DNA of 64,000 nt from Macrostomum lignano (Eukaryota): contig NIVC01000382.1 in the NCBI GenBank assembly GCA_002269645.1, positions 434,001-498,000 of the forward strand, in the 5' to 3' direction. Shown piece after piece: positions 26,616-62,673 of this stretch (positions are counted from its first letter, which is position 1; each line of letters starts with the position of its first letter). The notes beneath the pieces were generated by a model that was not told the origin of the DNA, searched no databases, and saw only the letters and a program-made list of their open reading frames with translations. The position numbers and the translations under genes were made by a program.

Positions 26616-27859
26616 GAGTGTTCCTCTAAATACAAAAAATTCAATTTCGTCTAAATTCGCCGAATTTATAGCGCCTCTGTGATGACGCAATCGCAGCCTC
26701 CCATGCGCCATCATCAGCGCATCATCCATCTTGCTGCTCGGCAATAATTGTGTCATGTCGCGCCTCCTCCATCCGTGACACACCCATTCACCGCCCACTG
26801 TATGCAACACACAATTCTAAAAGCCTGGCAGCTCGCGACACTCAACGAGTTTAGTCTTGGCAGAAATTGAACACAAATTGGCAACGATAATGCAAGCCTC
26901 CCAATCGAGTGACTCATTCTGTAGAAGCGGGCATAGTGTAGCCGGGATTCTATGGACCGGAAAATTGAAAATAGAGCGGTAAGAAAGGATGAATTGGGCA
27001 AAAAATGTCTTCCATACTTAATAACAGCAACAGCACCGACGACAGCGGTTGTCGGATGATTTGAACCAACGTTGCAGTCAACAAAAACTAGAGCATCAAC
27101 AACAACAAAACCAACAATAGTAATAACAACAGCGACAACAACAAAACCAACAATAGTAATAACAACAGCGACAACAACAACTGCAAAGAAAGCGACAACA
27201 AAAAACAACAACAACAACAACAAGAACAGCAACTTTAGTCATGTGTTCAATGTTATTTGGCCAATGCTAAAATTCACCTCGTACTTTTACCCCATGCATT
27301 GGAGTCACAAAGACCCGAAAATTTTTCGAGTCTTCTTTTATTGAAAATTTAATACAACTACTAAGGTATTAAAACTCTCGATAAAAGCCATCAGTCCATT
27401 GAAGAGTACTTAGAGCTTCATTGCATGGATAAAGAAACATCTACGTTGGTATTAATCCAGATTCCAGTCCATTTTTTTCAGAAAAAGAGTTTTTAGCTCG
27501 AATTGAAATTTCAGCTGGGCATTGTATGCCATCTTCGAACTGCAATTTTATTTATTGAGTAGCAAAAAAGAAGAAAAGTGTCTTTTTCTATCGAAATATT
27601 AATCCAGGAGTACGTGAATTCAATAACTACGAGTATATATCAGCTGTACAGCTTTTACAGATAGAGCAATAAAAACCGTGGTTTTATGACATAAGTCATC
27701 AAATACGAAATTATAATATTGTTCAAAAGTTTCAATTTAAAACTTAACAATGCAAGGTCATGTAAAGGGGAAGAATGAGATAGTTATAGGAAGTGCTAAG
27801 CGGCAGGAAATTTCTATTGAAGGGTATGTAGAAATGGGGGTGGTGGGTGTGTGGGGCAC

Positions 27860-28070
27860 ATCGAACAGCCCAGAGGGGAAGGAATGAGGTGGTGGCACAT
27901 CGACCAGTCCAGAGGGGTAGGAATGGAATGGTGGGTTAGTGGGACATCGACCAGCCCAGAGGGGTAGGAATGGAATGGTGGGTTAGTGGGACATCGACCA
28001 GCCCAGAGGGGTAGGAATGGAGTGGTGGGTTGGTGGCATATCGACCAGCCCAGAGGGGTAGGAAAGGGGT
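27860..28070 (+). repeat. ~47-nt G-rich tandem repeat, ~5 copies
   Basis: catcgaccagcccagaggggtaggaatggaatggtgggttagtggga is repeated with period 47 (27945, 27992). Confidence 0.85.
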
Positions 28071-28524
28071 AATGGGTGCACTAAAGGCGTATATCATACA
28101 TTAGGTAAAGTTTTGAAGGAGTACAAAGCTCGTGAAACAGTTTACATGTAGCATTACCAACTAAAACAATGTACTGTTTCGATACAATTCAATTCAAGTT
28201 TTCACAGGACTCGTTTCACTGTCTCGCTGCTAATGCTCCCGTTGTTGTTGACTCAGACATGAGGAGGTCACCCGCGCTGTCGTAGAGAGACGCCATCTCG
28301 CACGGACCTTCATCAGTTGGGTGATGCCTGGATTCTGAATCACTTGCTGTTGCTGTTGTTGTTGTTGTTGTTGTTTGTAGTGATTTTCAGCGCCTGAACA
28401 TCTGAAGTAATCAGGATCAGTCAGTGGGTAAAGAAGCTTCTGAGTAAACCGTGAAATAAGAAATCCGTGCCTATCGGTATGGAAAGCAGGGCCGGCCATA
28501 GACAATCGCTGCCACTTTAACACT

Positions 28525-29678
28525 TCACAGCCTAGAGTAGAGCGTTTTGTCTGTACGGAGGCTTGACTGTCCATTATATATGAACTATATCAGATTAACT
28601 AGCCATAGCTCTCTGTAGAACTCGGTCTTGTCTCACCCAAAACTGCAAAATACATGTACGAGCGCATTATCTGTGACTTTACTTACATTAAAGTACATTA
28701 AGGTAGTTTACATTTGAACCGATTGAGCTCTCACCTCATCGCAGTCTGCTGCTGCAGATGTTGCTGCCGTCCTTGGTTCCCATTCTGACCAGATGAATTT
28801 GCAGAATCAGCCACGGCGGCAGCCGCCAGTCTCGATCCAATAGGGTCCCGCGATCGACTTGACGTCAAAGTGCTGATTTTTGACGACAAGCTGGCCGACG
28901 CCGTCAGGTCAATTTTCTTCGACGCCACCTCCTCGGCCATGGAACCCTCCGATGCCAGGGACGTCGCACGCGGTGGCGGCGGAAACTGACGACTTCCTGA
29001 CAACGCGGCCGGGTGATGAGAGTGCCTCACCCGAGCTCGGTAGGCCGACCGCTGGCCAGCAATGATCGCTAGAAGGCCCGCTATTAGCAGCAGGCAAATG
29101 ATCAGGGCCGCTAGTAGCGCCGGCAGCCAAGTCGCGTTTCCATCGCCGGACGCGGTCGGTGTCTGTCGAGGATTTTGTCCAGCAGGCCAGGACGATGACG
29201 ACTCTGGCGGCGATTTCGTCGTCGACCTTAACGGAGCAGCTGTGGTCGTCGAAGGCGGCTCGGCACACAGAGCCCCGGCCTGGTAGTGCGAGCAGTCGGC
29301 GAACCCCACATTGTCAGGAGCTGTCAAGGTTAGACACTCGTTTCGCGTGAGCGAGGAAGTCTCCGATACAGCGGCCTGTGTCGCAGCACCGACGCCAGCG
29401 AACTCCCAGTCGCAGCTGCACTGACGCTGCGTCCGTCGACCGTCAATCCAGAGCCGCTTAGTAACGCGGTCGCGAGCCAACATGGCCCGGGCCTCGGCCA
29501 GGCCCGCCCTGGAGGCCGCTGCCGGAGCCAAAATCAGCGACAGTCGAGCGCAGCCCTCCGCAGCTTCCGACCAGGTCATAGTGCCGGGTAGGACTCGGAA
29601 TTCGTAGCTTTCGCTCACAGCTACCCTGACGAAGGCCAAGAGCGCTAAGCTGACCACTATGGCTCGGCGGTGCGGCAT
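28525..29678 (-). CDS. Type I membrane protein: signal peptide, divergent C-type lectin-like domain, S/T/P stalk, TM helix, cytoplasmic tail
   Basis: Main exon 29678-28735: MPHRRAIVVSLALLAFVRVAVS signal; TWSEAAEGC...LWIDG...CLTL...DC...ALC CTLD pattern; TM WLPALLAALIICLLLIAGLLAIIAG. Probable AG|gtgaga donor and a short last exon 28584-28525 (SSYNGQSSLRTDKTLYSRL*). Without splicing the ORF stops at 28731. Confidence 0.75.
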
Positions 29679-31427
29679 CTCTGACGAAGTGTTGCTGGCT
29701 GACTGCTCAAGCACCAGCTCGAATCGATGCTACTTTTATCCCACTTTTTTCGGAGGGAGAGAAGGATAGCACGGTGAATTCTGGCCAACAAAATGTAATT
29801 CTTCGTTTGGAGAGGCAGGCAACCGTTCTGATCTGCTCTGTCTTCTTTGCTCTCTGGCTCTATGCTGTTAAAATGAAGAGACGGTAAATTGAGCGAAAGA
29901 GAGGGAGAAGGGAGAGAGGGAGAGCAAACCACTGTTAGTCGCGTTTCTGGGATCGAAGCAGAACTTAGCTGCAAGATTGGATCTGCGGACAATGAGAGTC
30001 CCTCCCCAACAGCGGGGCTGAGAAGGATTTTGGAGAAGTGCTTTGGTGAAACAGGGGGTGGGGGTTAGTTGGGATATTTCTACCGATGTTCCGTCAAAAT
30101 TGGTCGCTTATTGAGACCCTCTTCGGTTCTAACAGGCGCCCAGCTAGACAAGCCAATCCTGCGTGCTCCGACCCTCCCCTCCTCCTGTCCTTGACGAGAA
30201 GGAGAGGCGGAATGGAGAGGGGAGGGCAGAGGGATCTACAGGAGTCCGTACCGGGTGGGTGAGGAGAGATAAGTGAATTTGCCGCGGGGATAACTTTTCC
30301 CCTGGACGATTCAATTTTGCTCCATCGATAACGAAGAGAGAACGAGTGAGAGCGCGAGTGAGAGGGGCAGGAGGGAGGGTGAGACGCTGAGAATATGAAA
30401 GAGGCCGAAGATGGAGCGTTGTTGGCTTGCTTCACTGGCTCTAATCAATTGTGATTCCCGCACTCGCCCCTCCCCCCAAAGTCGTCTAGTATTTTTTCTT
30501 CATCATTCTGTCCTTCCGTCGCCCAGAAAATAAAAGCTGGTGGGAAATCCTGTCGTCTCTCGCGACTGACGCGGCTGTGCAATAATCCCCTGTCCAGCTG
30601 CAGCCGCTGAGACCCCTGGAGTAGTAGAAGCGCGTGTGGGCCCAACTCACTGCTCAGTGATTGAGTCGGACAGTTCAAGAATTAGTCAGAAGAAGTAACC
30701 TGATCCCTCTCTGCCCCTCTTATTCTGGCTGTTCCGAGGTTGCGCCGGAATTTCCTTCAACTGGTCGTGTCGCGTGATATTTTTAAGCCTATAGCTAGCA
30801 CTACACCCGGAAATTGGTGCCTCAAAATAATCTCAGCTAAGAGAGTAAAAACTAAACAAATATTTTCAGGCAGGTTTGTTCGTTCCGCCTTGTAACGAAA
30901 CTTTTTTGCAGCTTCTTAATTTAATAATCGCCTTAAACAACACAATAGCAAGGTTAACCTTCACAAACTTGCCATTCTCATTAAATTAAAAAAACAGCAA
31001 TTATTTGTCAGCAAACAAAAACCGAAAAACGCAATTTAAAATCGCACGCGTGTTTGAAATTGAATTGTTGATTAAGATTATTCGTGAAGTTGCGCAAATA
31101 GTACAGTACGTTTTGATCGTTAAAAAATTTACTAGTCATACACGATATTGTTACTCAACGAATGACGGTTTCATAGTAAGAATAAGTTAGTATGAAGCAT
31201 AAGGTACTTATTTAGTCAATTAATAATAGCTCAGTTTGGAAGCATGCAAGCTTAAAATTTTAGTTTACGTGGATTTACTATTTTGCATAGAAAGGTGCAG
31301 CATCCAAGGGTTGTGCACAGTTTGAAGACATCTTGTACAGTGAGAGCTGAGGTTGTGGGATTGCAACTCCTGCCCTGTAGTTCTACCGAAGATCAGTGCT
31401 GCTGCATCCAGCGGCCCAAGAAACAGG

Positions 31428-32070
31428 GTGTGTCCATGAAGAGACTGGGGTGTCCATGAAGAGACTGGGGTGTCCATGAAGAGACCAGGTGTCCATGAAG
31501 AGACTGGGGTGTCCATGAAGAGACCAGGTGTCCATGAAGAGACTGGGGTGTCCATGAAGAGACTGGGGTGTCCATGAAGAGACTGGGGTGTCCATGAAGA
31601 GACCAGGTGTCCATGAAGAGACCAGGTGTCCATGAAGAGACCAGGTGTCCATGAAGAGACCAGGTGTCCATGAAGAGACCAGGTGTCCATGAAGAGACCA
31701 GGTGTCCATGAAGAGACCAGGTGTCCATGAAGAGACCAGGTGTCCATGAAGAGACCAGGTGTCCATGAAGAGACCCATGAAGAGACTGGGGTGTCCATGA
31801 AGAGACTGGGGTGTCCATGAAGAGACCAGGTGTCCATGAAGAGACCAGGTGTCCATGAAGAGACCAGGTGTCCATGAAGAGACCAGGTGTCCATGAAGAG
31901 ACCAGGTGTCCATGAAGAGACCAGGTGTCCATGAAGAGACCAGGTGTCCATGAAGAGACCAGGTGTCCATGAAGAGACCAGGTGTCCATGAAGAGACCAG
32001 GTGTCCATGAAGAGACCAGGTGTCCATGAAGAGACCAGGTGTCCATGAAGAGACCAGGTGTCCATGAAGA
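31428..32070. repeat. 19/20-nt minisatellite (gagaccaggtgtccatgaa / gagactggggtgtccatgaa)n
   Basis: Direct reading; two interspersed unit variants. Confidence 0.95.
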
Positions 32071-32160
32071 AACCCTTAGGGTTGCGGCCCTCCTCCAATT
32101 AAAATTCCTCCGTACGCCACTGACGCCATAGCGCTCAGCCTAAGCCCCTCACTCAGTTCG

Positions 32161-32214
32161 ACTCAAGCAGCCCATTTATCTGCGTACTAACCGGTGGCTA
32201 ACTCTGCTTAACTT
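32161..32214 (-). other. 5S rRNA-like fragment (pseudogene or SINE3-type head)
   Basis: The reverse complement aagttaagcagagttagccaccggttagtacg aligns loosely to the 5S internal control region (aagctaagcagggtcgggcctggttagtact). Short and degenerate. Confidence 0.3.
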
Positions 32215-32948
32215 AAGTTAACTTTACCCACTGTGCTATTAGACCTCTTCGTTGCACATAAGTGATCTTGGCAAATTGCTCGATTTACTCATGGTAGTCA
32301 CATTTGGTCTAAAAAATATCCTGACAGTATTCCATAATTGACGAAGCACAAAATCAGTTAGCATTACAAGCAAAATTTGTTAATAATTTTTGAAGCGCTG
32401 CGGTCAGCAATATTCTGATAAAATATACGGAAACCGTCACCAAAAGCGTTTTGCATTTAAAACGTGAATAAACAGTCAAGGACAGAGGAGAATTACTGTA
32501 TTTTTCGCGTGACAGGGTTAGTAGCAAGTGTAATACTTTTTAACTGGTAGTTGGGAGGCAGGTTTATGCAGAGTTTAGTAAATGAGCAAACGGTATTGAT
32601 AAGGGACAGAGAGAAATAGTCGAATAGTAATGACGATTTCAATAATTCTCATACCAAAATAAACGAAAATGAAGGCTGATCACTTCGCATACAAATAACA
32701 TGAACTACGAGTGCATGTAAACAGCATGAACAGAAAATCGAAAAAATAAAATCAGAATTATTTTAGGCAGATTTCACCCGAGCATTTTTTTCTGTTCTAT
32801 TCGGAGAGAAGAAAAGTTCATTGAAAAAGGAGTTTGCGGTTCGAAAATACGCTCTAAACTGCGTTGATAGAAATTTCCACTCGCGAAATTGATAGATAAA
32901 CAGTAAAAGTATCGCTCGAAACATTTCATTCCGCCGAATGTGTCAACA

Positions 32949-55211
<22,263 letters not shown>

Positions 55212-57323
55212 CTAAGTTCCGTCCTTATTATTTTCTATTCTGCAAGGCAAGAAGCGTAAGCAAAAGCGGATTTATACTGAGGCGCTATGCTAGAACAGGC
55301 TTATTGTTTTTTTAGTGTAGTTCTTCCTTCAAATCCAAGAAATTCTGTTGTAGCCGACTTCCTGAGTGTAATAAAAAGCAAGTATCTGTGTTTTTTGGGG
55401 GTGTGTGACGGTGAGGTTCGATGACCAGGGTCTAACTAGCCAGGTAGAGTATAAATGAAGATGCATCAGAACTGGAACTTCCAGGTATTCCATTTATTCA
55501 CCTGCACACTGGCCCCCAATCAGACGATCCCCTCTTCTAGCCCATAGCAACATACGAGCTAGAATAGGCTGAGTGGTGGAGAACGCGTGTCTTTAACCAA
55601 CATCGCATTCCTCGCGGCGAAGATAAAAAATGAAGCTAGCCCAGGGATGAGGGGTGCCCAGCTTCTCGCTCTGACACCCTCTCTATCCTGTCCGAAGTGG
55701 AATGCCTCAAGCGATCGGGTGCCAAGGCGTAGCATTTTGTTAGTGCATACAGGGTGATACCGCTATAGCAACAATTTAACGCAACAAAAATAAAGGTACC
55801 GCCGTCTTCTGCTGCAGTTTAAAGCTGCCGGCTCATCAATGAATAAAACGGACAGGAAAAGTAGTAATAGGGGGATGGGAGCCAGTGAGTGCCCCTTGCA
55901 GCTTCAGTTGCAGTTTACAGCGACATTTCGACATTGCACTGGGGCTAGTTCTACGACAAAAGCCTGCGAGAGGTGAAACGGCGAGGCCCATTTTACGACT
56001 TGGATTTGGCCTGCTGCCTAATGCGACAGGCCTGCCTGATAAAGAGGTTGGACACTGCAGCGAGAGAGCGGGAAGTGCTTAATTCTTTGGTTAGTTGCCA
56101 TACTGTTCTGCAATAAGGATGCCACAATCTGCGAGGTCTCTGCCAGTGAGAAAATGTCATATTCCTCGGAGGTTGGATAAAGTTCATAGCGGCTCGGTGC
56201 GAAATCGGTTCGGGATTAGCTTGATTCTGACAAAAGTGACAATAGCTATGTCGGAATCAAACGGGGGGCTCATCCAAAATACCGTAGGTCCCTTATTGTT
56301 GCAGCGACTAATTTTTTGTCCTGATTTGATCTGATTTGGCATCAGACATTACCAACTCAGTTTGCTATGCTTTACTGCGAGCTAGACATTTACTGCTAAG
56401 TAAAAAACTTAACAAGAGCAACAAAGTGTTTAGGTGTCAATTTCCACCTGGACACAAATGGAATCGGAGCACAATTTTCAATAATCTTAACGAACCTTAC
56501 CTAAAAAAGCAGATGAAATCGAGCCAGAAAAATTTCTGCTTTCCAAGAATCTTCAATTTCTCTCCGATGAAAAGAAATTCAACGCTTCTTATAGCGGCAA
56601 CTATTAGCAAGGAACTGCTAGAATGAAAAGGTTGCTATGCTTCTGATTATTCTCCGTCCCTCCCTTCTCGAGCTCTTAGTCTCTGGGGAGAGCAGAAGAG
56701 AGGCCGATCAGAGAAATCGAAAAACCACCGCAAAGTTTGCCTTCTAGAAGAAGAATTTGGTGAGCGAAATTTCTGAAAATTGCTGTCCTTCCCCTGGCCC
56801 TGTCAGCATCGGCGCAGTCTAGATAAGAGGGCCGGGGGCCTGGGGCTCAGGTAGCATTTGGTCGCCGCGAGTTCCGCTAACAGCGGGCCCAGGTAGGGCG
56901 GTGAAGGGGTGGATTGGATTCCAAACAGCCGAGTGGCCATTGGCGGCCCGTTGACGCGTATTAAGCAGGAACCCGCTGGAAGTTGGCACGAGAGGGATAA
57001 ATTGGAGAAATGCCCGTTTTAGATAGGGGAATTAGGAATTAGGATCAGAGGAAAATTGCCAGACTTTTTTATCCTCGCTCGATAATTAGAAATGGTACGA
57101 AACTGAGGTTGGCGATTTTGCACCTCTTTGAAACGGAATGCATGGGGAGTGTTCGTTGCAATCGGATATCCCCTGCGCCCGATATTTTGCCTTAGCTACC
57201 TCACTTTTCCATCTTTCTCCCTTGCCTGCCTGATAGGCGCTCGTATTCTTGCAAACCGCTTGCTAGCATGTGTGCACCATGGCGCACTTTAAGCGACATT
57301 GTCGCACAACTACAGAGAGGCAC

Positions 57324-57591
57324 TACTGCCCATTCCTCCGACTCCCCTGAGCAGGCACACAAGCGCGCGGATACGTACGCAGTTATACGCACAGTCACAC
57401 GCTCACACAGGAGTGTACAGCGCGGCCCTAGCTTTATTTATCGTTAGGCATGTACACTTCACTGTCTCTTTGGGAGTTGGCCCTAAAGACCCTTAGCTCG
57501 TAATTGCACGAGCAGAGCCAAGCCGAGATTCCAGTTTAACCCAAAATGAATGCGAATGCACTTGAAATCGAGCCTGGATCGCTGGCACATA
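57324..57591 (-). mobile_element. SINE family B copy
   Basis: Co-linear with 50011-50205 and contains the middle segment seen at 39120 and 25035. Confidence 0.75.
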
Positions 57592-59458
57592 AATTTCAAA
57601 CTTCCAACTATAGTTCATTAACTCACCTGAGATGACGTGATCCGAACATTTCGTATGTTTAATCATGGTGGCGAATTAGCTAAATTTTTGTTTCTATAAA
57701 TGATATTCAATTATTTTAAATGGTGCTACTCATTGTACTGTGTTACGAGTATGTTCTAAAGCCTTTGGTCATGTTTTCGTACAAACATGAAGCAAACATT
57801 CGTTTTTCGATTTGCCCGTATAAATAAAAATTATGTTTTGCACTACAGCCTTAGGGATGTCCTATCGATGACTTTTTGCGTCAAATTTCGCGGCGCATGA
57901 TTGTGAAATTTTCTGTGATGTCATCGGCTATGATACCGTGTCCATCATCAATGGAATCGAATTAACATCGAAACTAACAAAGAATGTTCTATAAATTCAT
58001 TAGACCTTTAAAAAAATTCATAACTCGTAAAGTTTTAGTGATCTATTTTCAAAAAAAAAGTTTCTTAAAATGATTTTTGAAATTTTTGTGAAAAGTTTTT
58101 ACTGCTTGAATCAGAAAAGTGGTTTCAATGGCTTAAAGTTACCTCTCCGAATTCATTGTCTAGAGCTTCCTGAACTCGGTGATAGAAAGGCGCAATTTTT
58201 TGGAGCGTAAATCACCTGTAGGCCGCTGTAAGACGCATGGGTGCTTTGTCTATCGCGTCGGTAAGTCAAGAAAGATTGGGAAACGCAGGATGCTGTACTT
58301 GTTGACAAGCTGTGTGGATCAGGGTATGCAGGGCTGCAGAATAGCCCGAATGTTAAGCGAACGTTTCACACTTATCTTGTCTGATGGAGTATTGCGTCGA
58401 TTCTTGCTAGGACCGACACGTATCTTAAACCTCAGTAGCTCAGCCACTCTCCTAGTCACACCTTGTCTTTCAGCCACCCTTTGGTTAGTAGTCCGCCAGT
58501 CCAGTTACCCCTTTTCACTGTTCAGTCACTCTCGAGTCACTCCTTGTCCCTTTCATTCACTGCCAGTTTCAATTCACTCACACAGAAAGTTTCTGCCACT
58601 CACTGTTTGGTTGCCATTATCCCGTCACTGACAAGACATTGTCTCCTCATTATGTGATCCCATAGTCACCGTTTCCACTTCCCCTTCCCACCGGCACTAG
58701 AAAAAGTTCATTCAAGGCAACAAGGAGGGAGCTGCCTAAATGCTAATTAGTTCCGCCCCAGAGGCAGTATGAAACTCTGTACGTGGCTCCCTTTCAGATC
58801 CTTGCCAACTGTCAGGATCATGAAGCCGCAAAATCAGTTCTCTGACCCGCAGAAACCCGGCACCATTGCAGTTTGGCTCTACTTTGTTTTACAACCGAAT
58901 GGAGAATGCACTTAGCGAAGGTATTGCCATGCCCCAAAGTTCTCTAATGAGGTAGAAAATGGCTGCATGTTAGGCCGCCTCTCCGAGCTGAGGGTTCAAG
59001 GTTGAAAAAGTCACTATGTATTTATTAATTGCAACTGCACTGGCCTTCGCTATTTAGCAGTAAAAGGCACCCCTTCTAAAAAGAGTTAATATAATCGCCT
59101 ATCATGAAATTAGGCAACCTTCTAAAAAATAATGCACATTCCAAAAAAGATTAGTTTTCTGCTAAATAAAAGATGAATACATTTTAAAAGAAACATGACT
59201 CCTTTTAGTAGTTGCGAAATCGTTTTGTCTTCGTGAGTTGAAACAGATCCCAGAGGTACTAAATTAAGCCTAGAGTCTGTTCCATTTCTTAACCTGCTTC
59301 TGCAACATTAAGTACATTTAGTACATCTAGAAAACTGTATAAAAATAATAAATAGGAAAGCGTTCCACAACTGATGACCCGCCTTCAGCGACATCGTCCC
59401 CCACAACCAGAGGTGAGGAATGTCTACCTATTCCACTGACTCCTGAGCATGTACCAGC

Positions 59459-59461
59459 GCC

Positions 59462-59531
<70 letters not shown>

Positions 59532-59880
59532 GAATACGCAGTTTGCGTCACAGGGCGCGCTTCAAGGCCAGGTCGCAAATGAACGCCACGCCGCCGGCCG
59601 AATCCGGGGCGCCGGCGTCAGCCAGCAGGCAGTCGACGAAACGCCGAGTGCGCGCCTACCCCCGCCGGCAGCGTTAGCAGCAGCACCTCCTGCACCGGCT
59701 CTGGGCAGTACGACCCGGCGCGGATGATGTGGCCTGCCAGATGGAGTCACCGACGGCGCAACAGGTCGCTTGGACGGACCAGGCCGGCGCGGTGATGCAA
59801 AGCCGCATAGGTCACTCGCTTGTAGCCGATCTTGAAGGCGGCGCGCCGCGTAGCAATATGCTGGCGCGTAGCGTAGCGCC
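59459..59880 (-). mobile_element. 5'-truncated non-LTR retrotransposon (RTE-like) 3' remnant followed by a (TTG)n tract
   Basis: The minus strand translates RAAFKIGYKRVTYAALHHRAGLVRPSDLLRRR*LHLAGHIIR, like the RTE ORF2 C-terminal RRRLRWAGHVxR motif. It has one CGA>TGA stop and one frameshift, and (TTG)n at 59531-59459 follows the ORF end. Confidence 0.65.
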
Positions 59881-60795
59881 AGGATATTGTAAACAGCTCA
59901 GGCACGCACTTATACACACACTGACACAGGAAAGAACTGAATTTTATTCCATTCCAATAGAATACCTAACTAACTTCCTTTCTTTATGAATCAGGATCTC
60001 TACTGTCTACTAGCAGTAGTAAGCGTACGTGTATATAATCACTTTTCTTTGCAACCGTACTTTGCTCCTTACTCTCGTAGCTATCGGTTACATGTAAGTA
60101 GTAGTTCGTTGGAAGGCTTTTGAGCTGGGCACTTTAGGCGATTTATTAATAAGCTTTAGTACTCATGAAAACCTTCGATTTCTTAGGAAAAGTCAGTTAC
60201 GGACATCAGTTTTTCAATTGCACGAATTTCTATAAAGTAGCTATTAGAAAGTTGTGCTCATTTTGATGCGTTAAGCTATCATCATTGGAAATGGAGCTAT
60301 TGGTAAGAATGCCAGGCAGTGTGCAGACATTTTTTCTCACTACAATTGTATCAGTGATTGATTCCAGCACCTCCATTTCTGCTTTGCTGCTCCAGCACAA
60401 CAGCTTTTTTGCATTGAAAATGCACATGCAGTACAAGAAGAATGTACAATCAGAGTTTGCGCGGAAGCCTTTCCCTCTGTCGTTCTCTTTTGCTCTCTCT
60501 CTCTCTCCTCTCTCTTCTTTCCACCGTTGTGTACACGTGCACTGTCAGGGATAAGCACAGGCGTGATATATATGTAGAATATTGGTGGGTGCGCGATACA
60601 GAACTTCTTTCTCACATCTTGGCTGGGCTCTGGGCTTCGTCCCGCCATCTCTCCACGCCGCGGCCGTGGGGTGAGCCGTACCCTCTCACCCTTTGCTAGC
60701 TACGCAGCTATTGTGGCTGTACGCAGCACTCGATCGCATGTCCTGCGCGTACGATAACAACATATTCTAGCCTTCCTCTGCGTCTGCTGTCTAGT

Positions 60796-60799
<4 letters not shown>

Positions 60800-60874
<75 letters not shown>
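60800..60874. repeat. (CT)n microsatellite
   Basis: Direct reading. Confidence 0.95.
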
Positions 60875-60878
<4 letters not shown>

Positions 60879-62673
60879 CCACTGTCGATCTTTTCTCTCT
60901 TTTTCTGTCATACTACTCTCAACCCGACTGTGTACGCTCAAAACATGCGCACAGACTATCTATCCATTACTAACCAACATGTTCTTCACCTATTCGCTTC
61001 TTTCCGTCTCTCCTATTCCGAGCCCAATTCTGCTAGCGGAAAGTCTTCTAACAAATTTCAGGCTCCTTCAATGCCTAAAAGTGAAATCTGGTATAAACTA
61101 CTCCAATTGGTTAGAGGTTTGGCGGTGTGGCTTTAGTGACAGTTCAAGTGCAAACAGACACTTAATGAGACCATCTAGCCATTCTTCATAGTACTTATAG
61201 AATGCGAGAAGTAGGGTCTAACACTTTCCAGGGAGTTTCCAGTTTCCAGTGAGCTAGGTCAAAACAATGAGAAAGAAAAAGAATGCGTCACTACATGTAT
61301 TATGAGCACTCCCAAATAAACCTTTCTTATTCCAGCTGAAATGGTGCGAAAAGATGCTCCCCGCTCTGTCTCGCTCTCGATACTCTCTCTCACCTTTCTT
61401 TCCACCTCTCTTTTCCTCCGTCGTACCCTTCTTCCATTCCTGAACAACTGCCGCCCTCATATTCCGAGAAACGCCCCAACTGAAGCGCAAGGGTCCCCCC
61501 CCGCCCAGGAAGTTAAGCGTACTGCCGAGGGGTGTACTTCTCCAAAGGAGGGACCAGTGTTCTGACCCTTTCCGCACTCTTTCTGCCTCTCACTATATTC
61601 TATTTCCACCTTGCCTCACCCGGATTGAAGGCCATACAAACCGTTATTGGGTCACTCTTCCTCCTCGGTGAGTACATTCATTCGGACTGCGCGTCCAGTT
61701 CACAAAAGCTTAGCATCGGCACAGGATAGAGAGACCCGTAGGAAACCACCTCCGTCTCCTAGGAGGACGGGAACTTGGGCCGCGCAGTGCCAACCAACAG
61801 CGAACAGTCATGTTCCAAGTTTAATACACACACACGGCGCGCTTGCGCACAAAATCCGTGCCAACCTCACCCAGGGGCCAACCAACGCGATAGCAGAACG
61901 CCCTCTCTGTCTCCCCCTCTCTCTTTCTCTTTCTCTCGCCGGCCCCCACATGCAGGCGCCCGCCCCATTTCCCTTGAAAAATGGCCTTCCCTAGCCCAAA
62001 ATTTGCAGCCACATTGGGCGCACGCGCGCACTCTGCCTCTTCTACTGTCCAGCCAAAAACGGCATCGCTCACTCACCCCCGTCTGCACATGCACGCGACA
62101 ACAGCTTGTGTGTGTGGTGTGTGTGTGTATGTCTTAGCGAGTGTGCCCTTGGCTTAAAGGGTGCCTCACTCTCCGTCCCTTCCCATTCTTTCTCTCCACT
62201 TGCCCCCTCCCCTCTAGCCTTCTCGCGTACCAACAAACTGGCCAGACCCCCCTCCTCTCTACCTTCTCCCCCAAGCTTTGCAGCAGCTCCGCCGTGTCCT
62301 GGCCTCTCCCTCCTCCGCCTCCCCCGATCGCACACGCGCGCACGCACCTACTCCTCCTGGCTGGTCCCCGCCCTCAAGGCCTGTCTCTTCACCGTCCCCG
62401 TTTCTAAAGTCGAGTTCCACTCTACCAACTATATCCCTCACAAAAAGGCTCCGTGCAGCGCAGAGCTACCGCATGAAGCATAAGGAGAGAAACTGGAGGC
62501 TGACACTGTCATGAACTCGACGATTCTGTGAAATTTTTGGATTTAGCTATACGTTTGGAGTCAAAAGAACTGAATTTGATTTTGTACGCATCAGCAGCGT
62601 ATGCCTCAGTTCTGCTAAGGCTTATCACTTCTAGACTGAATTGACCCCGTCTCAGTTCCATCGTGGAATAGTA

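Noticed and set aside
32095-32125. tacgccactg as the right TIR of a CAGTGGCGTA-type MITE enclosing the 19/20-nt array
   Set aside because: No matching left TIR found by eye.
59449-59727. Poly-Q protein ORF on the plus strand
   Set aside because: Explained by a (CAA)n microsatellite plus the antisense strand of a LINE remnant.
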